DNA of 64,000 bases from the NCBI GenBank assembly GCA_963665075.1, contig OY762063.1:502844-566843 (forward strand). The letters run 5' to 3'. The stretch is from Dehalococcoidia bacterium. GTDB lineage: Bacteria > Chloroflexota > Dehalococcoidia > Lucifugimonadales > GCA-2712585. The notes under the pieces were generated by a model. It was not told where the DNA came from. It did no database searches and worked only from the letters and a program-made list of their open reading frames with translations. Positions 18,407 to 27,318 of this stretch are shown piece after piece (within the stretch, counting starts at the first letter, position 1; each line of letters begins with the position of its first letter). Both the position numbers and the translations under genes were made by a program.

Positions 18407-18621
18407 CGTCATTCTCGCCCACCCACTCGTCATTCCCACGCACCCACTCGTCATTCCCACGCACCTACTCGTCATTCCCGCGCACCTTCTCGTCATTCCC
18501 GCGCACCTTCTCGTCATTCCCGCGCACCTTCTCGTCATTCCCGCGCACCTTCTCGTCATTCCCGCCCACCCTCTCGTCATTCCCACGCACCTTCTCGTCA
18601 TTCCCGCGTAGGCGGGAATCC
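18407..18621 (+). repeat. Tandem array of nine 21-bp half-hairpin units (CGTCATTCCCGCGCACCTTCT) ending in one complete family-A hairpin
   Basis: Unit starts fall at 18407+21k for k=0-9. The last unit is CGTCATTCCCGCGTAGGCGGGAATCC (18596-18621). Confidence 0.9.
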
Positions 18622-18717
18622 ATCGCCCCCACATAACCCCTTCCCCTCCAAACACAACCCATCTATCATAGTATCCACAACCCATCCCCCAAACTCCAAC
18701 CCAAAGGAGGCCCCCCA

Positions 18718-19074
18718 ATGCCACAACTCGTACAGGAAAAATGCGTCGCCTGCCGCCGTGACGCCCCCAAAGTCACCGAATCCGAAATCGCCGAACTCCA
18801 CCCCATCGTCGCCGATTGGGACTTGATAGAAGTGGACGGCGTCAACCGCCTCCAACGCGGCTTCCGCTTCCGCAACTTCCAGCAGGCAATGGACTTCTCC
18901 ATAGACATAGGCCGAATCGCTGAGGACGAAGGCCATCATCCCAAGCTCGTCACCGAATGGGGCCGCGTCACCATCGACTGGTGGACCCACAAAATCCGCG
19001 GCCTCCACCGCAACGACTTCATCATGGCCGCCAAAACCGACCGCGCCTTCCAGTCAACCCTTCCGGCGGATTAA
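18718..19074 (+). CDS. Pterin-4-alpha-carbinolamine dehydratase (PCD/DCoH family)
   Basis: 118 aa. It contains the EDEGHHPKL...W.TH core typical of PCD, and an SD AAAGGAGG lies upstream. Confidence 0.88.
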   Translation: MPQLVQEKCVACRRDAPKVTESEIAELHPIVADWDLIEVDGVNRLQRGFRFRNFQQAMDFSIDIGRIAEDEGHHPKLVTEWGRVTIDWWTHKIRGLHRNDFIMAAKTDRAFQSTLPAD

Positions 19075-19158
19075 CCGCCTTATCTGTTGACACTAAGTCG
19101 CATCCCCCGCTAAAGTGGCACGCGCAGCCATCGCCCAAATTCAGACCGAAAACGCCCA

Positions 19159-20187
19159 ATGCCAATCAATCTCTCCCAAAAACTCAGGAACAAGCCCAAG
19201 GACTCCGAGGTAGCCGCAGGCGTCCGCGAATACAACGAACGCTACAGGACGGGCAAGCGCGGCGAGTGGGAAGAAAAGAAGCGCGCGTCCAGGGAATTCG
19301 CCATCCTTTACTATGATCTGGTCACGGACTTCTTTGAATACGGATGGGGCCGTTCCTTCCACTTCGCGCCCAGAAAGCCCGGCGAGAGCTTCAAGGCGTC
19401 GCTGGCCCGCCACGAACGCCGCATAGCGGACACCCTCGATCTCAAACCCGGCATGGTCGCCGCCGACCTGGGTTGCGGCGTCGGCGGGCCGCTCATGGAA
19501 ATCGCCCGATACTCCGGCGCCAATATCGTCGGCGTCAACGCCAATGAGTATCAGCTCAAACGCGCCCGCAAGCTGACGAAAGAAGCCGACCTGACCCATC
19601 TCGCCGACTTTCTCCACTGCGACTTCCTCAACGTGGACGCTCCCGACGAGTCCTTCGACGCCGTATACGCCATCGAAGCCACCTGCCACGCGCCCGACAA
19701 GGTCAGCGTCTATGGCGAGGCCTTCCGTTTGCTTAAGCCGGGCGCCTGCTTCGCCAATTACGAGTGGTGCATGACCGATCGCTTCGACCCGGACAACCTC
19801 CTGCACCAAAGAATCAAGGCGGACATTGAGCTGGGCGTCGGCGTCGTCCAAATAGATGGCCGGCAAACCGTTGACGACGCTTTTGAAGCGGTGGGCTTCG
19901 AAGTGTTGGAAATCCGCGACCTGGCAATTCAGGACGGGCCGTCCATTCCCTGGCATCAACCCCTGGTTGGTTCGGGCCTGTCCTTCGCCAGCTTTCGCAG
20001 TTCCCGAATCGGTCGCTGGATTACCCAGAACATCCTGAAAATTCTTGAGACGCTGCGAATTGCGCCGAAAGGAAGCGTTCACGTCTCGGAGATGCTGAAC
20101 CTCGGCGCCGATGCCCTGGTCGAGGCCGGACGGCTCGGCATCTTCACCCCCATGTATTTCATCCACGCCCGCAAGCCCGCATCCTGA
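19159..20187 (+). CDS. Sterol C-24 methyltransferase (ERG6/SMT)-like SAM-dependent methyltransferase
   Basis: 342 aa, collinear from recall with yeast ERG6 over essentially its full length:
- YYDLVTDFFEYGWGRSFHFAPR, compared with [21 protein letters not shown].
- The SAM motif DLGCGVGGPLMEIAR.
- AVYAIEATCHAP.
- YEWCMTDRFD.
- IELG.G.
- A C-terminal IFTPMYFIHARKP, compared with LFTPMMLFVARKP (Sterol_MT_C-like). Confidence 0.8.
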   Translation: MPINLSQKLRNKPKDSEVAAGVREYNERYRTGKRGEWEEKKRASREFAILYYDLVTDFFEYGWGRSFHFAPRKPGESFKASLARHERRIADTLDLKPGMVAADLGCGVGGPLMEIARYSGANIVGVNANEYQLKRARKLTKEADLTHLADFLHCDFLNVDAPDESFDAVYAIEATCHAPDKVSVYGEAFRLLKPGACFANYEWCMTDRFDPDNLLHQRIKADIELGVGVVQIDGRQTVDDAFEAVGFEVLEIRDLAIQDGPSIPWHQPLVGSGLSFASFRSSRIGRWITQNILKILETLRIAPKGSVHVSEMLNLGADALVEAGRLGIFTPMYFIHARKPAS

Positions 20188-20219
20188 ACGTCATAGACGC
20201 TAACGTCTAGTCAATTCGG

Positions 20220-20771
20220 ATGCGTCGCGGCGATTCCTTCTCCGTTAGAGTCACCCGCGTCAAGGACGGCGACGGCATGATCGCCGTCCGCCTCGGCTGG
20301 TTCCGACGCCAACGCGAATCCCTCGAAATCCGCCTCCACGCCATCGACGCCCCCGAATACGACCAGCCCCTCGGCCCCGAATCCGCCCGCCGCCTCCGCA
20401 AAATCGCCGAAGGCAAGCGCTTCACCCTCAAAGTCTGGGAACCCCAAGACCCCTACGGACGCGTCGTCAGCGTCCTCTACCAAAACCGCCTCAACCGCTC
20501 CGTCAACCGCCAAATGGTCGAATCCGGCCTCGCCTACCGCTTCACCCGCTACGGCGAAATGCCCGGCCTCAACCTCGCCAACGCCGAAAGAAACGCCCGC
20601 CGTCGCAAGCTCGGCGTCTGGAGCCTCCCCAAAGGCGGCGTCCGCCCCTGGCATCACCGCCGCCGCCAGCGCGCCGCCGCCAGCCGCCAAAAGAACCTCC
20701 TATATCAGACCCTACGCCTCGCCTTCAAAACCCTCGCATGGCTCCTCCGCAAACTCCTCCGCCTCCGCTAA
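20220..20771 (+). CDS. Thermonuclease (staphylococcal nuclease, SNase-like) family protein with a basic amphipathic C-terminal tail
   Basis: 183 aa. It contains V.RV.DGDG...IRLHAIDAPE...G..A...L....G......DPYGR.V and E.NARRRKLGVWS, typical of the SNase fold. Confidence 0.8.
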   Translation: MRRGDSFSVRVTRVKDGDGMIAVRLGWFRRQRESLEIRLHAIDAPEYDQPLGPESARRLRKIAEGKRFTLKVWEPQDPYGRVVSVLYQNRLNRSVNRQMVESGLAYRFTRYGEMPGLNLANAERNARRRKLGVWSLPKGGVRPWHHRRRQRAAASRQKNLLYQTLRLAFKTLAWLLRKLLRLR

Positions 20772-20792
20772 CCCCCACCCCCTCTACCCGTA

Positions 20793-20930
20793 CCGTCATT
20801 CCCGCGCAGGCGGGAATCCACCCCCTCCCTTCCCCCTCGACGGTGGAAGGTTAGGATGGGGGCGACTCCCTTCGCCACTCACCCTGAGCACACTCCCCCG
20901 CTCACCCTGAGCTTGTCGAAGGGTCGAGCG
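20793..20930 (+). repeat. Intergenic cluster of palindromic repeats (families A, C, B)
   Basis: CCGTCATTCCCGCGCAGGCGGGAATCCA; CCTTCCCCCTCGACGGTGGAAGGTTAGGATGGGGGCGA; CGCTCACCCTGAGCTTGTCGAAGGGTCGAGCG. Confidence 0.9.
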
Positions 20931-21016
20931 GAGGGGGCCGGGGGGAGGCGAAGGGTAACGGCGAAGGGTCGAGCCCCCCGTTGACCCTCCCCCAAACTCC
21001 CGCTACCATCCCCCCC

Positions 21017-22003
21017 ATGCTATTCATCAACCGCAATGAAGTCGCCCAACTGCTGGACCTCGACGCCCTCATCGACGCCCTCGCCCCCGCGATGGCCGAA
21101 CTCTCCGACGGCAACATCTCCCAACCCCCACGAATCGGCGCCCAAATCAGTGAGCGCGAAGGCAACCTCCTAGTCATGCCCGCCTACCTCCCCGGCTCCC
21201 ACTCCCTGGCCGTCAAACTCGTGAGCATCTTCCCCCATAACCACGCCCTCGGAATCCCCAGCCACCAAGCCCTAATCGCCGTCTTCGACGCCCAAACCGG
21301 CGCGCCAGCCGCCATCATGGACGGCGAACACATAACCGCCATGCGCACCGCCGCCGGCTCCGCCCTCGCCACCCGCCTGCTCGCCCGCCCCGACGCCGGC
21401 GTCCTCGCCATCCTCGGCACGGGCGTCCAAGCCAAAGCCCACGCCATCGCCATCCCCCGCGTCCGTCCCATTTCGGAAATCCGAATTGCTGGACGAGACG
21501 CTGCCAAAGCCAAATCCCTTGCCCAAGAACTTTCGACTGAACTCAACATCACCGCCTCAGCCACCGACTCCTTCAAAGACGCCGTATCCGACGCCGACGT
21601 GATCTGCGCCTGCACCCACGCCGACACCCCCGTCCTGCATGGTCAATGGCTCAACCCCGGCGCCCACGTCAACTCCGTCGGCCTCAACTTCCAAGGACGC
21701 GAACTCGACGAAGAAGTTGTGCGTCGTTCAAAAGTCTTCGTTGAATCGAGAGAAGCCTCCCTCGCCGCGCCCCCCGCCGGCGCCAACGACCTCACCTGGC
21801 CCATCCGAGACGGCATTATCGACGAATCACACGTCCTCGCCGAAATCGGCGAACTCGTGACGGGCGTCCACCCCGGCCGCGCCTCGAACGACGAAATCAC
21901 CCTCTACAAATCCGTCGGCGTAGCCGCCCAGGACGCCATAGCCGCCCGCATGGTCCTCAACACCGCCATAGAAAAAGGCATCGGCCTCAACATAGAAATG
22001 TAG
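21017..22003 (+). CDS. Ornithine cyclodeaminase / mu-crystallin family protein
   Basis: It begins MLFINRNEVAQLLD and has a Rossmann motif ILGTGVQAKAHA. The ORF track allows an earlier ATG at 20981, which lies within repeat sequence. Confidence 0.85.
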   Translation: MLFINRNEVAQLLDLDALIDALAPAMAELSDGNISQPPRIGAQISEREGNLLVMPAYLPGSHSLAVKLVSIFPHNHALGIPSHQALIAVFDAQTGAPAAIMDGEHITAMRTAAGSALATRLLARPDAGVLAILGTGVQAKAHAIAIPRVRPISEIRIAGRDAAKAKSLAQELSTELNITASATDSFKDAVSDADVICACTHADTPVLHGQWLNPGAHVNSVGLNFQGRELDEEVVRRSKVFVESREASLAAPPAGANDLTWPIRDGIIDESHVLAEIGELVTGVHPGRASNDEITLYKSVGVAAQDAIAARMVLNTAIEKGIGLNIEM

Positions 22004-22021
22004 GGACGGTTCGCGAACCCC

Positions 22022-22290
22022 CTATCTCTTCTCCCTTCCCCCTTGACGAGGGAAGGCTAGGATGGGGGTGAAATCCCACCCACCAACAAATCCCGTAGGG
22101 GCGATTGGCGAATCTCCCTTCCCCCTCCGCTCACCCTTCCCTGTAGGGGCGACCGGCCGGTCGCCCCTACCCAGCTGCGCTACAATCTCATCCTCAAGAC
22201 GCAACCCCTTTCGTCATTCCGGCGAAAGCCGGAATCCATCTTCTCCTCTTATCCCCTCTCCCATCCTGGGAGAGGGTTAGGGTGAGGGCG
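22022..22290 (+). repeat. Intergenic cluster of palindromic repeats (families C, D, A, F)
   Basis: CTTCCCCCTTGACGAGGGAAGGCTAGGATGGGGGTGA; GTAGGGGCGACCGGCCGGTCGCCCCTAC; GTCATTCCGGCGAAAGCCGGAATCC; CCCTCTCCCATCCTGGGAGAGGGTTAGGGTGAGGGC. Confidence 0.9.
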
Positions 22291-22296
22291 CGCCCC

Positions 22297-23421
22297 CTAA
22301 TTCTTCCCCAACACCCGCGGCCCGTACAGCCGCACCGAATTGTCCCACAGAATCTTCCGCTTCACCTCATCGGCGATGTCATGGCCGAGGAAGCTGTCCA
22401 CCGCCCCCGGAATCGGCGCGTCCGGGTGCGGCCAGTCCGTGTTGAAAATCAGATTGTCGTTCAACTGCGACGCCGCAAACTCCAACTGCCCCTCGTCCGC
22501 GTCGCACGCCACGAAGCACTGCCTCGCGAAATACTCGCTCGGTGTCAACCGCACCTCCTCGCCGTACTGGAACCGCCCCTGACGCCCCACGGCGTGGTCG
22601 TCCATCCGACTCAACCACCACGGCACCCACCCCGCATTCGCCTCCAGAAACGACACCCGCAGGTTCGGGAACCGCTCCAGCACCTCGCCGAAAATCAACG
22701 TCCCCATCGCCAGCATCGCGTCCAGCGGAAACGACAGCGCGTGGCTCACCGACGCCAGCGTCGGCGTGGTCGTGTAGTCCTTGAACACCCTCTGCTGCGA
22801 CCCGCCCCCGTGGAACGACGCCGCCAGGCTCAACTCGTCCAGCGTCTCCCAAAGCGGATCAAACTCCGCGTCCGACCACTTCCGCGAACCGCCTGGATCC
22901 GGCAGGTTGATAGCCGTCGCCTGCGGACACGGCCCCATCCGCCGCGCCTCCTCGATGGCCTCGTTCACGTCCAACAGCGTCACCTGCGCGATGAACTGCA
23001 CCCGTCCGTCCGAGTCCCTGCAATAGTCCGTCGCCCAGTTGTTGTAGGCGCGCACCAACGCCGCCTGCAACTTCGGGTCCGTGATGCTCGACGAAGTGGC
23101 GCTGTTCCCGTTCGTGGGGAACCCCACCTGAATGTCCAGCCCCTCCTTGTCGATCTCCGTCAAACGGTCGGGCAGCGCCCACCAGTTGCGCCAGGCGTCC
23201 CCGAACCGCTCCTCGCAGTCGGCGAACACGCTCTCCGGGCGGACCGACCCGCGACCCTCCGGAAACGCCTCGCAAGGATGGTAGTTGAACAGATACCGCC
23301 CCACGTGCCCGCTCACCAGCGGACGCCGATGGTGGTACGGCTGCTCCACGTAATTGTCCCAAATATCCAGCGGCTCCTGCATATGCCCGTCCCCGTCAAT
23401 AACCCGATAACCGTTCCTCAT
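22297..23421 (-). CDS. Amidohydrolase_2-family metal-dependent hydrolase
   Basis: It begins MRNGYRVIDGDGHMQEP, giving the D-x-H motif, and has NTDWPHPD near the C-terminus. The start at 23421 follows the SD GGAGGG. The ORF track start is 23490. Confidence 0.85.
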   Translation of the reverse strand: MRNGYRVIDGDGHMQEPLDIWDNYVEQPYHHRRPLVSGHVGRYLFNYHPCEAFPEGRGSVRPESVFADCEERFGDAWRNWWALPDRLTEIDKEGLDIQVGFPTNGNSATSSSITDPKLQAALVRAYNNWATDYCRDSDGRVQFIAQVTLLDVNEAIEEARRMGPCPQATAINLPDPGGSRKWSDAEFDPLWETLDELSLAASFHGGGSQQRVFKDYTTTPTLASVSHALSFPLDAMLAMGTLIFGEVLERFPNLRVSFLEANAGWVPWWLSRMDDHAVGRQGRFQYGEEVRLTPSEYFARQCFVACDADEGQLEFAASQLNDNLIFNTDWPHPDAPIPGAVDSFLGHDIADEVKRKILWDNSVRLYGPRVLGKN

Positions 23422-23537
23422 TTCACCCTCCAAAATTCGATTTCCAACGCGCCTTCCCATCCCCCTCACCCAGGAGAATACTCCTCGCACAGCTTATTGT
23501 CTAGAAGGGAAAGCGGCTGCGGCATTCCAAATATCTG

Positions 23538-25763
23538 CTACTCCTTAGATCTAACTTGCTGGTTTAACAGAATCCTCGCTAACCTCAGCTCATCGTATTC
23601 AAATGAATCTCCCAGTCTTTCCTTCACTAAAGACAAGAGCACATCCCCATTCTCACCAAAAGCCTTCTCAATTTCCATCAGTCTATCCGCTGTTGGAGCC
23701 ATCTGACTAACGTCTACGAAAACCCCATTGGCCGCAATTCTCTCAATATGCCCCAATATGGTGGAACGAACCAGCCCCCTTTTCGCAGCTATTTCATCCA
23801 CGGTTAGACCTTCTTCCACCAGCTGCCTTGTCTTCTCATGAGTTGGGCTAAGACGATTCGCATGTACAGGCCTTCCGTCGCCATCGTCCCTCCCACTCCG
23901 TGTCGGCGGCCTAGAGATGGTTATACCGTTGGCCTCTACATATTCCCGAATCACCCCAAGAAACTGCTCGCCGTACTCTTCCAGCTTCAACCGACCCACC
24001 CCGTGTATCCTAGAAAATTCCCCTTCATCCTGGGGGTAAATCGCCGCCATCTGCCTTAAGGACACGTCCCCGAACACCACGTAAGGCGGGACGCCTCGTT
24101 CTCCGGCCAACCGCCTTCTCAAAGCCCTCAATTCTTCAAACAGCCCTTCATCAAACTGCACAGGGTCCGTCGATTGACTATACCGCCGCCGCTTGACCTC
24201 CTCCGCCGGCCTGATCAAAATAATCGCCTCACGCTTCCGTAAGAACTCCTTTCCCGCTTCTGAAAGTGACAGCGTCGGATAATCCCCCTTGTTGCGAACC
24301 AGCAGCCCCTTCGCCTGCAGCTGTCCAACCAACTCCTTCAACTGTTTCCGGCTGAAATCCCTGACGATTCCGTAGACGCTCAATCTCTCGTGCCCAGCGG
24401 CGAGAATCTTCTTGTTCCTGCTCCCCACCAACACCCTCACAACGTGGGTCACCCCGTACATTTCTCCCGTGCGCACCACCGCCGAAAGTATCTTCTGAAC
24501 TACCTCGGTAGCGTCGAACGCCTTCTCAGGCTCAAGACAAACATCGCACGCCCCGCAATTATCCTCGCCGTATTGCTCCCCAAAATATCCAAGCAAGAAC
24601 CGGCGTCGACACGTAGGACTCTGCGTATATTCCACCATCTTGTCCAGCTTCTCCCGTGCGTTGCGCCGTTCCGCCTCGTCTTCCATCCGGCTGATGAAAT
24701 ACTCCTGCTTGCTCCTGTCCCCAAGGCTGAAGAAAGCTACGCAATCGCTGGGCAGCCCGTCCCTGCCGGCGCGCCCCGTCTCCTGATAGTAGGCTTCGAT
24801 GGACTTGGGCAGACTATAGTGAACGACCAACCTCACGTCCGGCTTGTCAATCCCCATCCCGAAGGCGATGGTCGCCACAATCACCGGCGTCCTATCCTGA
24901 ATAAACTTGTCCTGAGTCTCCCTTCGCGTTACTGCGTCCAGCCCGGCGTGATAAGGCAACGCCGAAACGCCCTGGCCCCGCAACTGGCCGGCCAATTCCT
25001 CCGTGTCCTTCCTGGAGAAGCAATAGATGATTGCGGACTCACCTTTGTGCGATTCAAGAAGCCCCAGCAGTTCGTCAAATGCATTGCCGTCCCTCGGACG
25101 CACCGAATAGCTGAGGTTGGATCGGTTGAAGCTGGAAACATACATCCGGTCTTCGCCTATCCCCAGCTGGCCGATAATGTCTTCCCGCACCCTCTCCGTC
25201 GCGGTAGCCGTCAGCGCAATCACGGGCGTCGAGGGAAAGCTCCGCCTCAATTCCAACAGGTTGCGATAATCAGGACGGAACTCGTGCCCCCATTCGGAAA
25301 TGCAATGAGCTTCGTCAATCGCAATCAGACTTACTCTTATTCCCTCAAGGAACCGCCTAAATCCCGGAATTGCCAGACGCTCAGGCGCCACGTACAGCAG
25401 CTTTACGGCCCCTTTGTGCACTTCCCCCTGTATCCGCCAAGTCTCCCTGTTGGGCAGGCTGGAGTTGATGAATCGAGAAGGAATGCCGTTCGCATTGAGC
25501 GCGTCCACCTGGTCCTTCATCAACGCAATCAATGGGGAGACAACCAGCGTCACGCCTTCGAATATCAATGAAGGAAGCTGATAGCATAGCGACTTCCCGC
25601 CACCCGTTGGCATAACCGCCAGCACATCCCGATTCCCTAGTACATCGCGGATAATCTCCTCTTGCGGATGCCAAAAGCTATCGTAGCCAAACTTGTCCTT
25701 GAGGACTGAAATTGGCTCAACGGCGGTGTTCATCTGTGCAGGCGTATTCCCAACTACTACCAT
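23538..25763 (-). CDS. recQ: ATP-dependent DNA helicase RecQ with an extended C-terminus (HRDC plus an extra HTH-like module)
   Basis: 741 aa. It contains VMPTGGGKSLCYQLP, the DEAH box (AIDEAHCISEWGHEFRPDY), ATIAFGMGIDKPDVR and a Zn-binding segment CRRRFLLGYFGE...CGACDVC. An alternative start lies at 25733. Confidence 0.92.
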   Translation of the reverse strand: MVVVGNTPAQMNTAVEPISVLKDKFGYDSFWHPQEEIIRDVLGNRDVLAVMPTGGGKSLCYQLPSLIFEGVTLVVSPLIALMKDQVDALNANGIPSRFINSSLPNRETWRIQGEVHKGAVKLLYVAPERLAIPGFRRFLEGIRVSLIAIDEAHCISEWGHEFRPDYRNLLELRRSFPSTPVIALTATATERVREDIIGQLGIGEDRMYVSSFNRSNLSYSVRPRDGNAFDELLGLLESHKGESAIIYCFSRKDTEELAGQLRGQGVSALPYHAGLDAVTRRETQDKFIQDRTPVIVATIAFGMGIDKPDVRLVVHYSLPKSIEAYYQETGRAGRDGLPSDCVAFFSLGDRSKQEYFISRMEDEAERRNAREKLDKMVEYTQSPTCRRRFLLGYFGEQYGEDNCGACDVCLEPEKAFDATEVVQKILSAVVRTGEMYGVTHVVRVLVGSRNKKILAAGHERLSVYGIVRDFSRKQLKELVGQLQAKGLLVRNKGDYPTLSLSEAGKEFLRKREAIILIRPAEEVKRRRYSQSTDPVQFDEGLFEELRALRRRLAGERGVPPYVVFGDVSLRQMAAIYPQDEGEFSRIHGVGRLKLEEYGEQFLGVIREYVEANGITISRPPTRSGRDDGDGRPVHANRLSPTHEKTRQLVEEGLTVDEIAAKRGLVRSTILGHIERIAANGVFVDVSQMAPTADRLMEIEKAFGENGDVLLSLVKERLGDSFEYDELRLARILLNQQVRSKE

Positions 25764-25797
25764 TCAAAGCCCGGAAATCGGCGTACCCCTCCCTAGA

Positions 25798-27057
25798 CTA
25801 ATCCACCACCCGCTGAAACGCCCGCCGCAGCCTCGGCCCAATCTCCCGCAGATGCTCCAACGACGCGTTGCTGAACGCCAGCCGCACGTGCGTGTCCGCC
25901 ACGCCCTCCTTGTCCACGTAGAAATTCGTCCCCGGCGGAAACAACAACCCCTCGTAAGCCGCCGCTTCCGACACCTCCGTCGAAGTCGCCCCCAGACACT
26001 CGAACCAGAAGAAAAACCCGCCGCCCGGCGCATTGAACCGCACGTATGGCTCGCAATGCTCCCGCAGCGACTCCGCCAGCGTCGCGCACTTCTCCGCATA
26101 CACCGGCCTCATCCGCCGGATGTGCGGGTCCAGCCGCCCCGACCCGATGAACTCCGCCAGCATGTGTAGCAGCAACGGACTCGTCCCCATGTCGAACCGC
26201 ACCCGCCCCAGCGCGTCGATGTGCTCCTTCGACGCCTGAATCCACCCCGCCCGCAGCCCCGTCGCGATAACCTTGCTGAACGTCCCGATTTTCAACACCC
26301 CCGCGCCCTCCGCCATCGAATATATCGACCTCGGCGGCGCCTCGTTGAAGAACAACTCGCTGTACGTCGCGTCCTCCACAATCAACACCCGCTCCCGCGC
26401 GCATAAATCTATCAACGCCGCCCGTCGCGCCTCCGTAAGCGTCGTCCCCGTCGGATTCTGATAATCGGGATTCAGATAGACGAACTTGACCCGCTTCCCC
26501 TCCGACTTCGCCCTCTGAATCGCCTCCGCCACCCCGTCCACTGAGATGCCGTCGTCCTCCACCATCACCTCAATCAACTCCGCCATGTGCCCCCGAATCG
26601 CCCGCGTCGTCCCCGAATACGACGGCCCCTCGACAACCACCACGTCGCCGGGGTCGATGAACGCCTGGCACAGATTGTCCAGACACCCCGACCCTCCGTT
26701 GTGGACGATGAAATTGTCCGGCTCGAAACTCATCCCGTCCAACACGGCCTGCCGCTCCGTCATCGCCTCCCGCAGCCCCTCGAACCCCAGCACCCCGCCG
26801 TACCGCAACGCTTCATCCGGCTTGCCGTTCAGGATGCGCCCCAGCGCCGCCTCCAACTCCCCCGACGGCAGCGTCGCCGCGTCGGGAATCCCCCCTGCGG
26901 CGATAATCGGGTCCGGATGCGGCGCCGGCAGCTGCCAGCCCGCCCCCGCGTCCGTCGCCGTTCCCGCCCCAACCGTCAACGCCGAGTCCGACAAAAAGTC
27001 CCGAATGTCCGCCTTTGACCACGCCTGAACCGCGGCGCTTCCCGAATTTGTAGTCAT
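25798..27057 (-). CDS. PLP-dependent aminotransferase, class I/II fold (ARO8/LysN-like)
   Basis: 419 aa. It contains GGSGCLDNL, NPDYQNPTG and the Lys motif GTFSKVIATGLRAGW. Confidence 0.85.
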   Translation of the reverse strand: MTTNSGSAAVQAWSKADIRDFLSDSALTVGAGTATDAGAGWQLPAPHPDPIIAAGGIPDAATLPSGELEAALGRILNGKPDEALRYGGVLGFEGLREAMTERQAVLDGMSFEPDNFIVHNGGSGCLDNLCQAFIDPGDVVVVEGPSYSGTTRAIRGHMAELIEVMVEDDGISVDGVAEAIQRAKSEGKRVKFVYLNPDYQNPTGTTLTEARRAALIDLCARERVLIVEDATYSELFFNEAPPRSIYSMAEGAGVLKIGTFSKVIATGLRAGWIQASKEHIDALGRVRFDMGTSPLLLHMLAEFIGSGRLDPHIRRMRPVYAEKCATLAESLREHCEPYVRFNAPGGGFFFWFECLGATSTEVSEAAAYEGLLFPPGTNFYVDKEGVADTHVRLAFSNASLEHLREIGPRLRRAFQRVVD

Positions 27058-27318
27058 TTCTTTCTCCCTTTACTGCTTACGTCTGTTCGACGCGCAAAAG
27101 CACCCCCCAAACGCTTGCCAAAGTCTACCACATAACGCAATCCCACAAAGCAACCCCCCACCCGACCCACAATGCATCCTCGCTCACCCTGAGCCTGTCG
27201 AAGGGTCGAGCGCCGCCGCCGTCATTCCGGCGAAAGCCGGAATCCAGTCTTTTCCCTTCCCCCTCGATATAGCCCCTTGCATAACCGTCATTCCCGCAAA
27301 GGCGCGAATCCGACATCA

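Noticed and set aside
18407-18621. Possible CRISPR, or a coding repeat (ORFs 18398-18826 + and 18254-18724 - translate it as RHS(R/H)AP(S/T) and GMTRRCA repeats)
   Set aside because: The 21-bp period has no spacers. The ORFs exist only because the repeat length is a multiple of 3. The composition is that of the REP half-site, and there is no RBS or flanking coding signal.
20211-20690. 159-aa Ala/Gly/Val-rich ORF antisense to the thermonuclease gene
   Set aside because: It is low in complexity and antisense to an ORF with clear SNase motifs.
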